Assembly (NCBI RefSeq): GCF_006345805.1
Contig: NC_043008.1
Coordinates: forward strand, 6,448,001 to 6,512,000
DNA length: 64,000 nt
DNA from: Octopus sinensis
Lineage: Eukaryota
Direction: 5' to 3'
The notes under the pieces were generated by a model. That model did not search any database. It saw only the letters and a list, made by a program, of their open reading frames with translations, and was not told the DNA's origin. Positions 24,374-37,262 of the stretch are shown here, in pieces; within the stretch, counting starts at the first letter, position 1; each line of letters opens with the position of its first letter. The position numbers and the translations under genes are program-made.

Positions 24374-24878
24374 TAAGACAGTATAATTCTGTTGCTTAAG
24401 AGGATGAGCCAGTAAAAATATTCCTATGTGCACACTTGACCTGCTAGAACAAGTAACCAAATCTCCCTCTTAAAGTAAAAAAAAAACATGAGATAATGTG
24501 GCTCTTGGTTTCTGGCATATAAAGAAAAGATGTGATGAATGTGATTACAACATCCTTGATCTTGGCTCAGCTCACTTAGAACTGACTTAAGATTAGACTA
24601 CATTTTCCCAAGCTTACTTAAGACTTCTTCTATCTCTTCCTATCATAATCCTTCCTGTATCCTTTCTCTTCAGATCTCATCTTAAAAACTTTTCCCACTG
24701 ATGTTTCCAAACCTTTGATGTTTCCCTACCTGTCTAATTGTATCAGTGTTGAATTTTATAAATTCAGACAGAGCGTCAACTACGTTCATCTCACCAGTCT
24801 CAGATCACTAACAAAGGACTTCATCAGGGAGATATTTTCTACGATGCTACATCAATTCTGCTAATTTCTTGCCATCAT

Positions 24879-25099
24879 ACTCTCTTTTTACTCTTTACTC
24901 TCTTTTACTTGTTTCAGTCATTTGACTGCAGCCATGCTGGAGCACCACCTTTAGTCAAGCAAATTGACCACAGGACTTTTTCTTCGTAAGCCTAGTACTT
25001 ATTCTATCGGTCTTTTTTGCTAAACTGCTAAGTTATGGGGACGTAAACATACCAGCATCGGTTGTCAAGGGATGTTGGGGGGACAAACACAGACACACA

Positions 25100-25134
<35 letters not shown>

Positions 25135-25295
25135 CATATACATATATACGATGGGCTTCCTTCAGTTTCCATCTACTAAATCTACTCACAAGACTTTGGT
25201 CAGCCCGAGGCTATAGTAGAAGACACTTGCCCAAGATGCCACGCAACCATGTGGTTGGTGAGCAAGCTACTTACCACACAGCCACTCCTGCACCT
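24879..25295 (-). mobile_element. SINE family B, near full length
   Basis: Reverse complement of family B; small deletion in head. Confidence 0.9.
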
Positions 25296-25890
25296 ATATA
25301 TATATATATATATATATTATTAAGATTGTAAGGATCTACTTTAAGCCTAGAAAATACCTCAACTCTCATGAGCAACCGATCAACTATTTTTTGCTTGACT
25401 AAGAAAATAAGAATTTTTTATTGAGGCAAAATATCCTATTCTATAGTTCTTAGATCAACTGACAAATATGTTGACTTTTGTTAAATATGTTGACCTTTAT
25501 TAAAAAGGATATATTGCAGGTTTTTACTTCAATTTAAACCCAGGGTAATTCTTTTCAATTAAGAAAATTAATGCTAACAACACAAGAAAACTAATGAATG
25601 AAAGTCATTGATTATAAATCATCCAAGCTTTAAACATATTAATTCAACCAGAAGAGGACAGAAATGTCTGAGAGCAAGGTGGGCAAGAGAATAGAGAATG
25701 GAAGAAGAGAGCCATGTCTTCATGTCAGGCTCTATTTAATATCTGCCATTGTTCAACAATCAGATTGTCAATATGAAGAGCTTCAGCACAAACGACCATC
25801 TCTGCTTCAGTGCACGACATTTTCACTCATTCATTTCATTCATTCTCTGTCTGTCTCTCATATATGTGTGTGTGTGTATGTGTGTGTGTG

Positions 25891-25930
<40 letters not shown>

Positions 25931-27330
25931 ACAAAGTGTATGTACGCCGCTATATATATATATATATATAAATCTGTCCAACCAAACCACTGCATGGGTA
26001 GAACATTCTGTCGTTGCTCATTAAAAACATGTTCAACACAGCTTTTAACTATATTCATATCATAAATAGAGAACAATGACTTCTCTTATCTATTTTCCCC
26101 AACTTTCCATTTCACCTTATTGTTAATGAGATAACATATTTATTCGTCTTCGAAACTGGTGACCACTTCATATTTAGACAACACACCACGCTATCATAGT
26201 AATGACATTTAAACATCAGCTACTAATAATTACTGAATTATACTGTGAATAGCAACTGGCTGTGCTTGTAGTTTGTTTTGGCATTTAGTATAATCAGCAA
26301 ACACCACGGATGGAAGTACAGAATGTGTATGTTGATCTTTGAGATTCTCTGTCAATGTTTGAGTTTTGATAATGGTTACAATGAAGAGACGCAGAGCCAG
26401 ACAAGTTACAGTTATCCTGGGCAACAATGAGCATCCAGATTTAAGTATACATAATTATACGAGGGATTTTCTGAATCACAGAGACAAGTAAATAAAATCA
26501 CTTATAGACACATGTCTGTATCAAGGGGGATAATTTTTACATTAATATTTAGTCTAATTTGACAATGATGATGATTAAAAATAGTTATAACATTACTACA
26601 CATGTACTTTTAAAACTGTAATTGGTTTCTCTTCATAAAAAACCACTTAGGTATTCAGGAAAAATATGCAAAACGAAAATTAAAAAAAAAAAACAGAAAT
26701 CGTAAAATACTTCTCCATCAAGCAAGTTAGTTTGCGGAACATTGTCGACAATAAAAAGCTGGTGGTAATCTGTAAAAATCAGGCCTGACAGTAACGAGGC
26801 AACAGAGGAATTAGTATTCAATCTTAATACACACCTAGAACATACATAGGGTTTGGAAGACGGAATCCATCAAACTATATTTTCAGACCTATCCATAAAC
26901 AATTTGCTATGCTAAACCTCAACATCATAGTTGTCAGTTTCTTCCATATTAACAGACTTTGCTTTGATTAATGAACCATAAATCGGCTTTCATACATCAT
27001 CTCTCCCCCAGCTACATGCATTTCAAAACCCAACCCATCCCCACTGATACAATGCACATTAAGCAACATCTTCAATCATTCCTTTTATTTCATTGTGTTT
27101 CGTCTCTTTTCTTTTTATATTTTTGTAAATTCTGTGTAATTTTCCATAATAACAACAACAACAATAATAATTTGCTATTGACCAAGAACCAGATTCAGCA
27201 CCAAATAAACGAAAAAAATGTTGGTAAAACAAACACAGTTGTAGCTATGAGTTCCTTTGAAAAAATTATGCAAATATTTATACATATATGTATATATGCA
27301 AATATATATATACATGTGTGTGTGTGTGTG

Positions 27331-27400
<70 letters not shown>

Positions 27401-27698
27401 TGTGTGTGTGGTGTGTGTGTGTGTATTTATGAATGGCATATATATATAAGTTAAAGTAGTGAGAAAAGGTAAACAGTTCGGCAAGAATTTCTTAATTGTT
27501 TGCCTTTCCTCGCAACTTTAATCTATACCTATTGACTCAAAAGGAAGCCACTTCTAGCCTTCTTGAACAAGGCAATCACATAACCACAACTTCAACTACT
27601 GTTTGAACTGGAATTTTCGTGGCACACCTATTTGAGTATTCAGAATGTATATCTGTTTGTTTTAGACATCCTGACAAAATCTCCTCATGTCCTTTATG

Positions 27699-27734
<36 letters not shown>

Positions 27735-27942
27735 ATTGGTGATGTAAACAGGAAAAATAGAAATCAAAATATAATATGCATATATGTACTGTTTTGTATG
27801 AATATTTAGTAGAAGTAACAGAGTGACTTAAGGGCTGAGAGCTTCGTGCATTAACACTTATCAAACTAGTTAAAAATCGTGGGGTTGTGAATTTGCATAC
27901 CAGTGATTATAGTAATTTCCTGGATAGTTCTGGAACAAACTC

Positions 27943-28022
27943 ATCATCATCATCACCATTGTTTAACGTCCACTTTCCATGCTACCATGGGTTGGACGAT
28001 TTGACTGAGGACTGGCAAACCA
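27943..28022 (-). mobile_element. Family C short copy
   Basis: catcatcatcaccattgtttaacgtccactttccatgc. Confidence 0.75.
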
Positions 28023-28059
28023 TATAAATATATTATATATATATAAATATATACATTAT

Positions 28060-28105
<46 letters not shown>

Positions 28106-28162
28106 CATTATTGGTGAATTGAAGAAATGGAGCTGAACGCAGATTGAACAGAAATCGTTTTA

Positions 28163-28252
28163 TTTCATTCTACACGTGTTTCGAAAGGCACAAATTACCA
28201 AAATCCGATTGAATAATGGGACCATATTGTGTCTTTCTCTTCAGGAAGAAAA
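28163..28252 (-). ncRNA. Type I hammerhead ribozyme motif, canonical core (mirror copy)
   Basis: Exact reverse complement of 28324-28413. Confidence 0.8.
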
Positions 28253-28323
28253 AAGGAAATCCGTTGGAAAAACAAAAACAGAACAGAGGCGGAGCTGTTT
28301 TTGTTTTTCCAACGGATTTCCTT

Positions 28324-28413
28324 TTTTCTTCCTGAAGAGAAAGACACAATATGGTCCCATTATTCAATCGGATTTTGGTAATTTGTGCCTTTCGAAACAC
28401 GTGTAGAATGAAA
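28324..28413 (+). ncRNA. Type I hammerhead ribozyme motif, canonical core
   Basis: Helix I uuuucuuc/gaaugaaa; CUGAAGA 28332-38; helix II GAAAGACACAA/UUGUGCCUUUC (10 of 11 pairs); GAAA 28394-97; palindromic helix III ACACGUGU; GUA cleavage triplet, predicted cut after 28405; aataaa follows. Confidence 0.8.
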
Positions 28414-28634
28414 TAAAACGATTTCTGTTCAATCTGCGTTCAGCTCCATTTCTTCAATTCACCAATAATGTTTTAATTTCAATTATCCGCACCAACGCAC
28501 GGTTGCAACGCCAGATGGTTGTACCTCCAACCGTGCTGTTTACTGCTGTGATTTTTGCTACTAAGGTATCGGTTAAACTTTTGATTAATCTACTACAAGA
28601 TTATTCATCTTTCTATTTCACATAATATATATAT

Positions 28635-28666
<32 letters not shown>

Positions 28667-28670
28667 CACA

Positions 28671-28705
<35 letters not shown>

Positions 28706-29364
28706 GCATATTGATATCTCTCTATTTTACCTGATTTGCTAAATGCTTAATCCATAAGGAATTTGATTTATGCAGCAAAGAATCTTCTGAATTCTGCCAA
28801 CTGGATGTTGCTTTAAGAAAGCAAATACAGCCATTTACCGATATGTTTGAAGAGGGAATCTTTCTATCAAATGATTTGAATTTTGACTTTGCTTTTATAA
28901 GTCTAAGGTGATAATTAAGTCTTCACTTTCCATTCCAATTATGTGTTAGGCATGGCCAAGTTTGGCTTATATCTGCTAGAAGCAAGAGTATATATATATA
29001 TGTATATATTTTTTTTTTCTTTCAGTTTTCCCATCAGAATTGCTTGTTAAGATGGTCTCACTGAAAATTTAAACATTTGCATGAATTCTGTTTCAGCTCA
29101 TATTTCATTTAAAGAACCTTCTACAACAAATATGAAAATGAAATTTAATCATTTAACATCCATTCTCCATGTTGGCCTTTTTTGGCTGGATGGTGAGTTA
29201 GAGAGTTACATTGTGCTCCATCCAATGTCTGTTTTGGCATGAATTCTATGGCTGAATGCCCTTCCTAATTCCAACCACTTTACAAAGTGAACTGGCTGCT
29301 TTTTAATTTTTGGGGCATTGAAAACTTGTGATGTTGCTGTTATAATTTGAAAGACTAAAGGTGT

Positions 29365-29506
29365 TAGGAAGGGCTGCATCCAGCTGCGAAAACCTCACCA
29401 AAACAGACACAGAAGCCTGGCGTAGTCTTCTGCCTAGCCAGCCCCTGTCAAACCATCCAACCCATGCTAGGATGGAAAACAGACGCTAAACAATGATGAT
29501 GATGAT
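29365..29506 (+). mobile_element. Family C copy, plus orientation
   Basis: gttaggaagggctgcatccagctg...cccatgctaggatggaaaacagacgctaaacaatgatgatg. Confidence 0.75.
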
Positions 29507-31418
29507 GGTGAAAGATCCCCCTCAACTGAGTGAGAGTACAGCAGAGAGGGAGGTGAGTTTATGCTGAGTGATGAAATATTAAAGTATGCAGGAAGGAACA
29601 AGTTTCTGGCTGGCGTCTTAAAACTGCTTTGTTTCATTGCTACATAATACAAATGTACACGAGAACATATGGTTAGATATTGTAGCTAAAGCTATGTAAT
29701 ACCATGATTGTAAATAATTCATTTGTAGTGTAACTGCACTGATAGAAAGAGGCCAACAGTCGTATTTACACTGGTATACCATCTTTAACTATCCATAAAC
29801 ACATCGCTTATAAACCAACAGATATAAGAGGTCAGAGTAAACAGAAGAGACCAATTTCCATATTTAACACTTGGCAATGAGATCAAACATTAAATTATTG
29901 ATGTGTTAAGGGTTTTATTTCTTTACTAGAATTTATTCAATTGCAAATTGTGCCACATGAAAAAAATATATAAAATAAATTGATTCCTTTAAAGAATCAA
30001 ACAGTTTTATATATTTTGGTCATTTCAACATGGCTTAGTCAATACTATGTATGACATGGCCAACATGGCATCGTAAAAGATATATAATTCTTTATAGCCT
30101 AATTCAGTTATGAGAGATAATACTATCTCCCTTTAGCCATTGGAATTCAGGATGATTAATGACAATTTCATTATGTTACATTGTTAAACTCAAATTCTAT
30201 TTCCCCACCACATCCCATGATTCAACTAAATAAAGATTTCCATGGTCTTAATGGCTTATGAGATATCTAAACTATTGAACATAGCTGGAGAGAATAAAGA
30301 AAAATTGAGAATTATGGAGCGAGTTTTAGAATTCAAAAATATCCTCAATTTAAAAATGGTAAGGAATTCCACCAAAATGCCATGTAAATTGGAAAGTTAT
30401 CAAAATGAAAGAAAAATATAAAAGAGAGATTTCTACATGAAAATAAAAAGGTCAAATATAACAACAGTTTTGAAGTGATTCAAAGACACACCTTAATTGT
30501 CTTAATTAAAGCCCTAATTGCTCTCACTTTAATGTGTGATGTGAAGTGGTAATTTATCTGATTGCCAGTTCACAGGTTGTGATTTCAAATACACAGCTAG
30601 CATTTTCCCATGGAACATGTTAGTTTCCACTAGTAATTTAACTGTTGAGAATAAGTCCTGCAACAGGCTGAAATTGTTCAATATCAAATCAAATTCCATC
30701 AGATGTCTTCATCTGTCTTGTTAGAGAATCTAGACATTGGCTCAGATTACAAGCCAGGCAGCATGTTAGTAGGAATCTGCAACAAACAATTCTACATAAG
30801 AAAGTCTTACAACATAAATATCTTACTTTGTTACTAAAAAAAAAACAACCCCGGTTTTCCCCCCTATGATTTCAACATGGTTTATGTTTGATGTATACAA
30901 CATATTTGATGCTACCATAATTTATATGGTAGTAATGAAGATTAATATTGCAACTCAGAGTCAAATACACGCATGTCAGGAATGGTAAACAGTTCTGTTG
31001 CCGCCATGTAATCTCAAAATCTGTTGCCACTGCTGCTATTTAGAGCGCATTTATCTGCAGCATATAAATCAATTTTAATTTAAGAGCAGTTATGCAATAA
31101 GTAGATTGAAAATTATTGGCAAAAGCTGTGCTAGATGAGATAGCACAAAAATTCCAGTATTCTCCTAACTGTTTGCATTAACAAAACATGCACACTTCTT
31201 CAAAGAACACTCTACCAAAATATGCATATCTCGGCATCTTTTACATTCATACAAACCACTTGAGACTCTGTAGAGGTTGGCAAATGAAGTAACGGTGCAC
31301 AAGAGGTAATCCATTGCTGGATTGGTGAATGTTTTACAGTGGCATTCATTGGTGTAATGTTCTGAATTTAAAACTTCCTGATACTAAATGAAATAATATA
31401 ATAAGAAAACAGAACCAG

Positions 31419-31419
<1 letters not shown>

Positions 31420-31485
<66 letters not shown>

Positions 31486-31495
31486 CATCATTATT
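31420..31495. repeat. (ATT)n microsatellite
   Basis: Direct reading. Confidence 0.95.
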
Positions 31496-31642
31496 TGGCA
31501 TAGAGTTAAGAAAATATGCAGCAATCTTTTACAGTCAATGAATTTGATGAACAACAAGAAGAAATGTCTAAAAATAACTATAAAATATATTACGCAATAA
31601 TATATATATTATATAAAAATACATACATATATAAATATATAT

Positions 31643-31676
<34 letters not shown>

Positions 31677-31928
31677 CATATATCTATGTGTGTGTGTGTG
31701 TGTGTGTGTTTTGTGTTATGCTAAGAAGTGGTGCTCAATACCAAAATTTTCAATCGTTGTTAGAGTATCACCATAAGTAGAGTCAAGACAGATTAGTTTG
31801 TACTGGTATTGAGTTGTATTAGTTGCAATAATGAAGTCAAACCAAAATAGTGATATTTTGAAATAATTTAGTACGTGTGTTTCAGGTGTGCATGATATAT
31901 AATAGGAAATGCATCCATTACGTAAACC

Positions 31929-31954
31929 TTCCTCATCTTTTAAATATAGAACTG
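31929..31954 (+). mobile_element. Solitary family E terminal segment
   Basis: ttcctcatcttttaaatatagaactg matches the family E end at ~34372-34397. Confidence 0.6.
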
Positions 31955-32287
31955 ATAGGTATGATTTGAGATAATTTGACTGATTTTTCTTGCAGATCAA
32001 GTTACTGCACACAACTTTTCTCCCTGGCTCAAGCTTCTGGAGCATAATCACATCCAGATATTTTGCTGTGTGTCATACACAGATGTTTCCTTTGTCATCA
32101 CATTTAGTCTTCACCAAATAGCCTTTCTTCTACATTCAGTGGACAGGGGTTGAAATTTTTGTAACTTTTAGAATCAATACACAAAGTCAACACTGACAAA
32201 GCTTTCTGTCATCCACAGTTTAAAGGATTATAGATGAAGTTTGCTTTTACAGAAGCAAACAGAATAACTTCTACTTGCTCACTTTAT

Positions 32288-32630
32288 GAAGGCACATAGC
32301 TCAATGGTTAGAGCATCGGGCTCACAATCATGTGGTAGTGAGTTCAATTCCAAGACAGGGCTGTGTGTTGTGTTCTTGAGCAAGACACTTTATTTCATGT
32401 TTGCTCCAGTTCACTCAGCTGTAAAAATGAGTTGCGACATCACTGGTGCCAAGCTGTATTGGCTCCTTAACCTTTCCCTTGGACAACATCGGTGGCGTGT
32501 AGAAGGGAGGCTGGTATGCAGGGGCAACTGATTGTTTTCCATAAACAACCTTTCCCAGAATTATGCCTTGGAGGCGAACTTTCTAGGTGCAACCCTACAG
32601 CCATTTATAACTGAAAGGGGTCTTTACCCT
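32288..32630 (+). mobile_element. tRNA-derived SINE family D, full length
   Basis: ggcacatagctcaatggttagagc A box; gagttcaattcc B box; matches 36433 and 55619 copies. Confidence 0.9.
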
Positions 32631-33476
32631 TACTAGCTCACATGACAAATTGCTGGGGCTGCCTGCTGGAGCCTAGTGGCAGGTATTTAAAGGGAAAAGG
32701 TTTGACAAGGCAGTCAGTCACCCGCTGATAATCGTTGATGCTACACTGAAGTGGCCAGGGAACAGAAAAAAGAAGAAGAAAGAAGACATGCACCCAATAA
32801 CAGAGCTGAAGACACCTCTGAAAGGGGGAGGACCCGCCATGTCAAAAGTGTAGTGGAGTAGGGGCCGAAACCAAACGTGGTTCCTCCTGATGATGTCTTG
32901 AGCTAACTGGATCCTATAAAGGAGCTGTTGTGGTAGCAGATCACAAAACACGGTTGTAATTCCTCCTAGAAATAGCAGTTAAATCACCTTCAAATCCTTG
33001 TTTTTCGTATGCTAGGAAAAATACATAACATTATGAAGTGGAAAACAGATTAGCAGCAAAACCCATTATATGCTACCATACCAGTTGACACTGTGACACA
33101 TACTACAATACAATCCCTTCATTTGACATCACACAGAGCCATCATTTCAGTTTCGTATCTGAAACATAACTAGAATCAAAGAAGAGCTTAGAGTTTTTAA
33201 ATGCCTGGGTAATTAGTTTACATTAATGCAAAAACTGCTGCAGAAGTGAGGCCAGCAACTAACACAGAATGAGGTAACAGGAGAAATGATATAATTATTT
33301 CTAACACTGGCATGAGGCCACAAATAATTGAGAAAAATAAACCAATTAAATTGATTCTGGTAATATGCTAGTACGTTATTTGCTTGACTTTGGAAAGGTG
33401 TAACTTAATTCAGAGATGTAACTAAACACAGCAAGGAATTTTATCTTCTGATCTTCTAATTCTTGCATATCTTGAA

Positions 33477-33516
<40 letters not shown>

Positions 33517-33724
33517 GTGATGATGATAGGCAGAAGGCCATATTTTCTGTGCAGTTGAGTAAATTGGATCCTGTTGTTGTGCGGTTATTTGATCAACCCC
33601 ATTGGGATTGAAACTGAATTCTACCTCAATGGAATTTGAATGCAAAAGCACATACAAATACCGAAATGCATTTTGTTTGGTACTTTCTCACTTTTGCTTA
33701 ATTCCTCAAATAATAATAATAACA

Positions 33725-33946
33725 ATAATCCTTTCTCCTGTAGGCACAAGGTCTAAACTTTTTTTGGCGGGAGGGGCACTAGTTGATTACATCGACCCCC
33801 AGCATTGCACTGGTAGTTATTTTATCGAGCCTGAAAGGATGAAAGGTAAAAGTCAACCTTGGTGAAATTTGAACTCAAGATCTGAAAATGGATGAAATGC
33901 CAGTAAATATTTTATCTGTCATGTTAATGATTCTGCCAGCCTGCCA
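33725..33946 (-). mobile_element. Family A-related SINE variant
   Basis: tcgacccc...gaaaggatgaaaggtaaaagtcaacc...gaactc. Confidence 0.75.
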
Positions 33947-33949
33947 TGT

Positions 33950-33963
33950 TAATAATAGCAATG

Positions 33964-34030
<67 letters not shown>

Positions 34031-34034
34031 TAAC

Positions 34035-34065
<31 letters not shown>

Positions 34066-34096
34066 TCAATGATGACGACGACGATGATGATGATAA
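33950..34096. repeat. (AAT)n/(GAY)n trinucleotide array
   Basis: Direct reading. Confidence 0.95.
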
Positions 34097-34285
34097 TTGT
34101 CAGTGTGAATTTCTTTTTCTTTCCTTTTCCCCCCACTTTATTTTATTTGCTTACTTTTTATTTTTTATTTTTATATTTTTCTCTCTGTCTTTCCTTTTTT
34201 CTTTATCACATGACTTTGTAAATGAACAATCTGGTGTGTTTATTTTGATGACCTACCAATGTATACAGTGCGTTTCTCTGCCCTA

Positions 34286-34397
34286 GGTGCCAAGAAGACA
34301 CCTGATGAAGGCTGGAGGAACAACAAACCAGATGAGGACAAATATCCGTCAAATGTAAATAACGTACATAATTCCTCATCTTTTAAATCTAGAACTG
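34286..34397 (+). mobile_element. Family E 3' fragment with deletion of the 3' half of the hammerhead
   Basis: gacacctgatgaaggctggag then jumps to aacaacaaac; intact terminus cctcatcttttaaatctagaactg. Confidence 0.8.
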
Positions 34398-34804
34398 TAG
34401 CAGAATTCACCATTTACCCAACACCATCTGTTTGACATAACTCCTCAATAAGTCAATGATACAAGGGCCACAGCATGTGTCTATGTCATACGGCTGCATT
34501 GCTCTATATGCATTTCACCCAATCTCACCAAGAGGCACTTCTCTGCCTACAGAATTTATTTCAAACTAGCAGTGCCCCTCAGTAGCACTCTTTGGCCAAG
34601 GGATTTCTGGAAGTTATCCATAGCAGACCCCAGCCCCAAACTTCTCTGAAACTGGTCGACTAGTTCATCCTCATCAATACCTACAGCTTCTCCGTGGACG
34701 TCATCACTTACCCACAAATACTTCTCTACAAATTGCAAAAGCAGAACTTCACTGACTTCATTCACTTAACTCATAGAGATTAGTGAGCACTTGCTGACAT
34801 TCCA

Positions 34805-34860
34805 ATATTTTCAATATTATTATCATTATCATCATTATTATTACCGTTATCATAATTATT

Positions 34861-34896
<36 letters not shown>

Positions 34897-35168
34897 TCAT
34901 CATCATCATCATCAACATCATCATTATCATTATTATCATTATTATTATCATTATTATTATCATTATTGTCATTATCATCATTATTATTATTATCATTATT
35001 ATCAATATCATTATTGTCATTATCATTACTTTTATCATTATTATCATCATTATCATTATTATTATCATTATCATTATTATCATCATCCTCATTATTATTA
35101 TTATCATTATCATTGTCATTATTATTATTATTATTATTATTATTAGTGATGGTAGTAGTAGTAGTAGT
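34805..35168. repeat. Mosaic (ATT)/(ATC)/(GTA) trinucleotide array
   Basis: Direct reading. Confidence 0.95.
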
Positions 35169-35354
35169 GTGGAATACGATGAGATGAAACATGTGAATGT
35201 TTCTTCTGGGATTACAAGGTACTGGAATCAAACGGCAAAGAATTCTATAGAGACATTAAAAACGAGAGAAATGTCAATGGAAATTCAAGAATATTGGAAG
35301 GGAATCGGTAACGGAAATAGAACAGAATGGATTTACTTTTTTTATCTTTTTTTT

Positions 35355-35712
35355 CCTTTATTGCTTGTTTCAGTCTTTAGATTGTGGCCATGCTGGGGCA
35401 CTGTCTTGAAGAGTTCTTAGTTGAACAAATTGACCTCAGTACTTTTCTTTTTACCTTGGTACTTATTCTATCAGTCTCTTTTGCTGAACTGCTAAATTAC
35501 AGGGACTTGAACAAAACAAGTGATGATGGGGGACAAAACAGACACAAAGACACACTCCCCTACACACACATGCACAATGGGCTTTTTTCAGATCCTGCCA
35601 ACCAAATTCACCCACAGGGCTTTCGTTGGCCCAGGGCCATGGTAAAAATGACTTTCTTCTCAAGGTGCTACACAGTGGGAATGAACCCAGAACCATGTGG
35701 TTAGAAAGCAAG
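35355..35712 (-). mobile_element. SINE family B (diverged), nested in LINE fossil
   Basis: Reverse complement of family B body. Confidence 0.8.
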
Positions 35713-35814
35713 GTCACTGCCTGGATATTAGAGGAGTGTGAGTTCAATCCTCATGGCTGGTTGTCGACAAATTTTTCTGCTCTTAAAGGATTTTATCCTA
35801 TATATATATCTATA

Positions 35815-35847
<33 letters not shown>

Positions 35848-36432
35848 TGTTCAATATTTACGCATTGAAAATGTATCTTTCTACTCATTCTATACTAAAA
35901 ATTGTTTGTAAATTCAATCAACTAAAAACACGGTAATAAGAATAGGATTTGACAAAAGTGTCAAACACGTAAAAGAAGCAAATTCAGTAATACTAAGAAT
36001 ATTAAGTTAGGCCCAGACACTAATATCTTTAATCTACAATACTACAACATATTGGTTATTTAGCTGAAGATTGATAGCTTAATGGGAAAAGAGCAGAAAC
36101 AATGCTGGAAAGAGATGCAAGGCTGTGTGGAGCAGCAATTACTGGTGAGGTGAGATATTAAAGAAGACAGCAAAAAGAGGAAAAAAAACCAATGATAGTG
36201 TGGCGAAGATTTATTAGCGGAAAGCACAATTGCGGATTCTGGAGATACTGATATAGACAAAACAGCTGTAAAACCAACAAAATGCAACTGCCATGTCATG
36301 TCAAAATAGAAAACAATCATCTCCAAACGAAGCAAAGAGAAAATAATTAAAGCCAGCTCTGTTGCTGTAAGGAGGGAAATTTCATTTTCCAATAAGGTTC
36401 ATCATGTGCCCAGCTGCTTATATTCTGACTGT

Positions 36433-36768
36433 GAAGGCACATGGCTCAGTGGTTAGAGCCTTCAGCTTACGATCTTGAGTTTGTCAGTTTGATGCCTGGA
36501 CTGGGCTGCTTGTGGTGTTCTTGAGCAAGACACTCTATTTCACGTTCCTCCAGTTCACTCAGTTGTAGAAATGAGTTGCGACATCACTGGTGCCAAGCTG
36601 TATCGGCCCCCCTTTGCCTTTCCTTTGGACAACACTGGTGGTATGGAGAGGGGAGACTGGTATGCATGGGTAATTGCTGGTCTTCCACAAACAACCTTTC
36701 CCAGACTTGTGCCTAGGAGGGTAACTTTCTAGGTGCAATCCCATGGTCAGTCATGATCGAAGGGGGTC
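36433..36768 (+). mobile_element. SINE family D, full length, nested in LINE fossil
   Basis: Matches 32288-32630. Confidence 0.9.
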
Positions 36769-37103
36769 ACTTCCTCATATTTTGACTACTTTAACAAGTT
36801 TTGGAATGAAGCCAAAGATGATTATAGATTTTGATGACAAACAATAAACCACATTATCTCTGTGGATGGCTTAGTGATGTTTACAGGGATTAATACTCAG
36901 TTGGAGAACAAACTGACAATGAGTATCAGACAAATGTACAAATGATACAAAAAGAAGCAAATTAACTAAAACTGAGACTATCAAATTCGAAAGAGAATGA
37001 AAAATCAGAGAATTGGACCAGAATCATCCATGCAACTTCTAGGAATAGATAGAACTCATGAAATATGAACAGAGAAATAAGATAATTTTAAAATAGTGCC
37101 TTA

Positions 37104-37262
37104 TTATTTAACACACTCACCAGTAAAGTTTCCACGCATTTACTTATTTATTTTTTGTTGCGTCTTGCAACCTTTTCAATGACTATTGCAAGAAGCAATG
37201 AAAATTTTAGAAAACTAAATAAGTAAATTAGTGGAAACTTTACTGATGAGTGTGTTAAATAA
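37104..37262. mobile_element. MITE with ~46-bp TIRs, nested in LINE fossil
   Basis: ttatttaacacactcaccagtaaagtttccac and gtggaaactttactgatgagtgtgttaaataa (1 mismatch in 32). Confidence 0.85.

Larger units (their letters stand above)
28104..28472. repeat. Perfect inverted repeat, 178-bp arms (28104-28281 and 28295-28472), 13-nt loop; Penelope pLTR-like
   Basis: Base-by-base comparison found no mismatch between arms; loop aacagaggcggag. Confidence 0.97.

Noticed and set aside
28170-28406. Mirror 76-aa ORFs on both strands
   Set aside because: They are an automatic consequence of the palindrome, with no recognisable domain.
32862-32900. GAAA-CCA(aacg)UGG-UU-ccuc-CUGAUGA, resembling a type II hammerhead
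   Set aside because: Only 4 nt are available for helix I, and the helix II strands do not pair.
34556-34765. Minus-strand ORF ending QRVLLRGTA, like an RLE-LINE C-terminus
   Set aside because: The resemblance is too short to call, and it is opposite in orientation to the adjacent fossil.
33875-35420. Poly-N/I/L/M/H ORFs
   Set aside because: They are trinucleotide-array read-throughs.
37240-37262. CTGATGAG inside MITE TIR
   Set aside because: It is part of the terminal inverted repeat, with no hammerhead topology.
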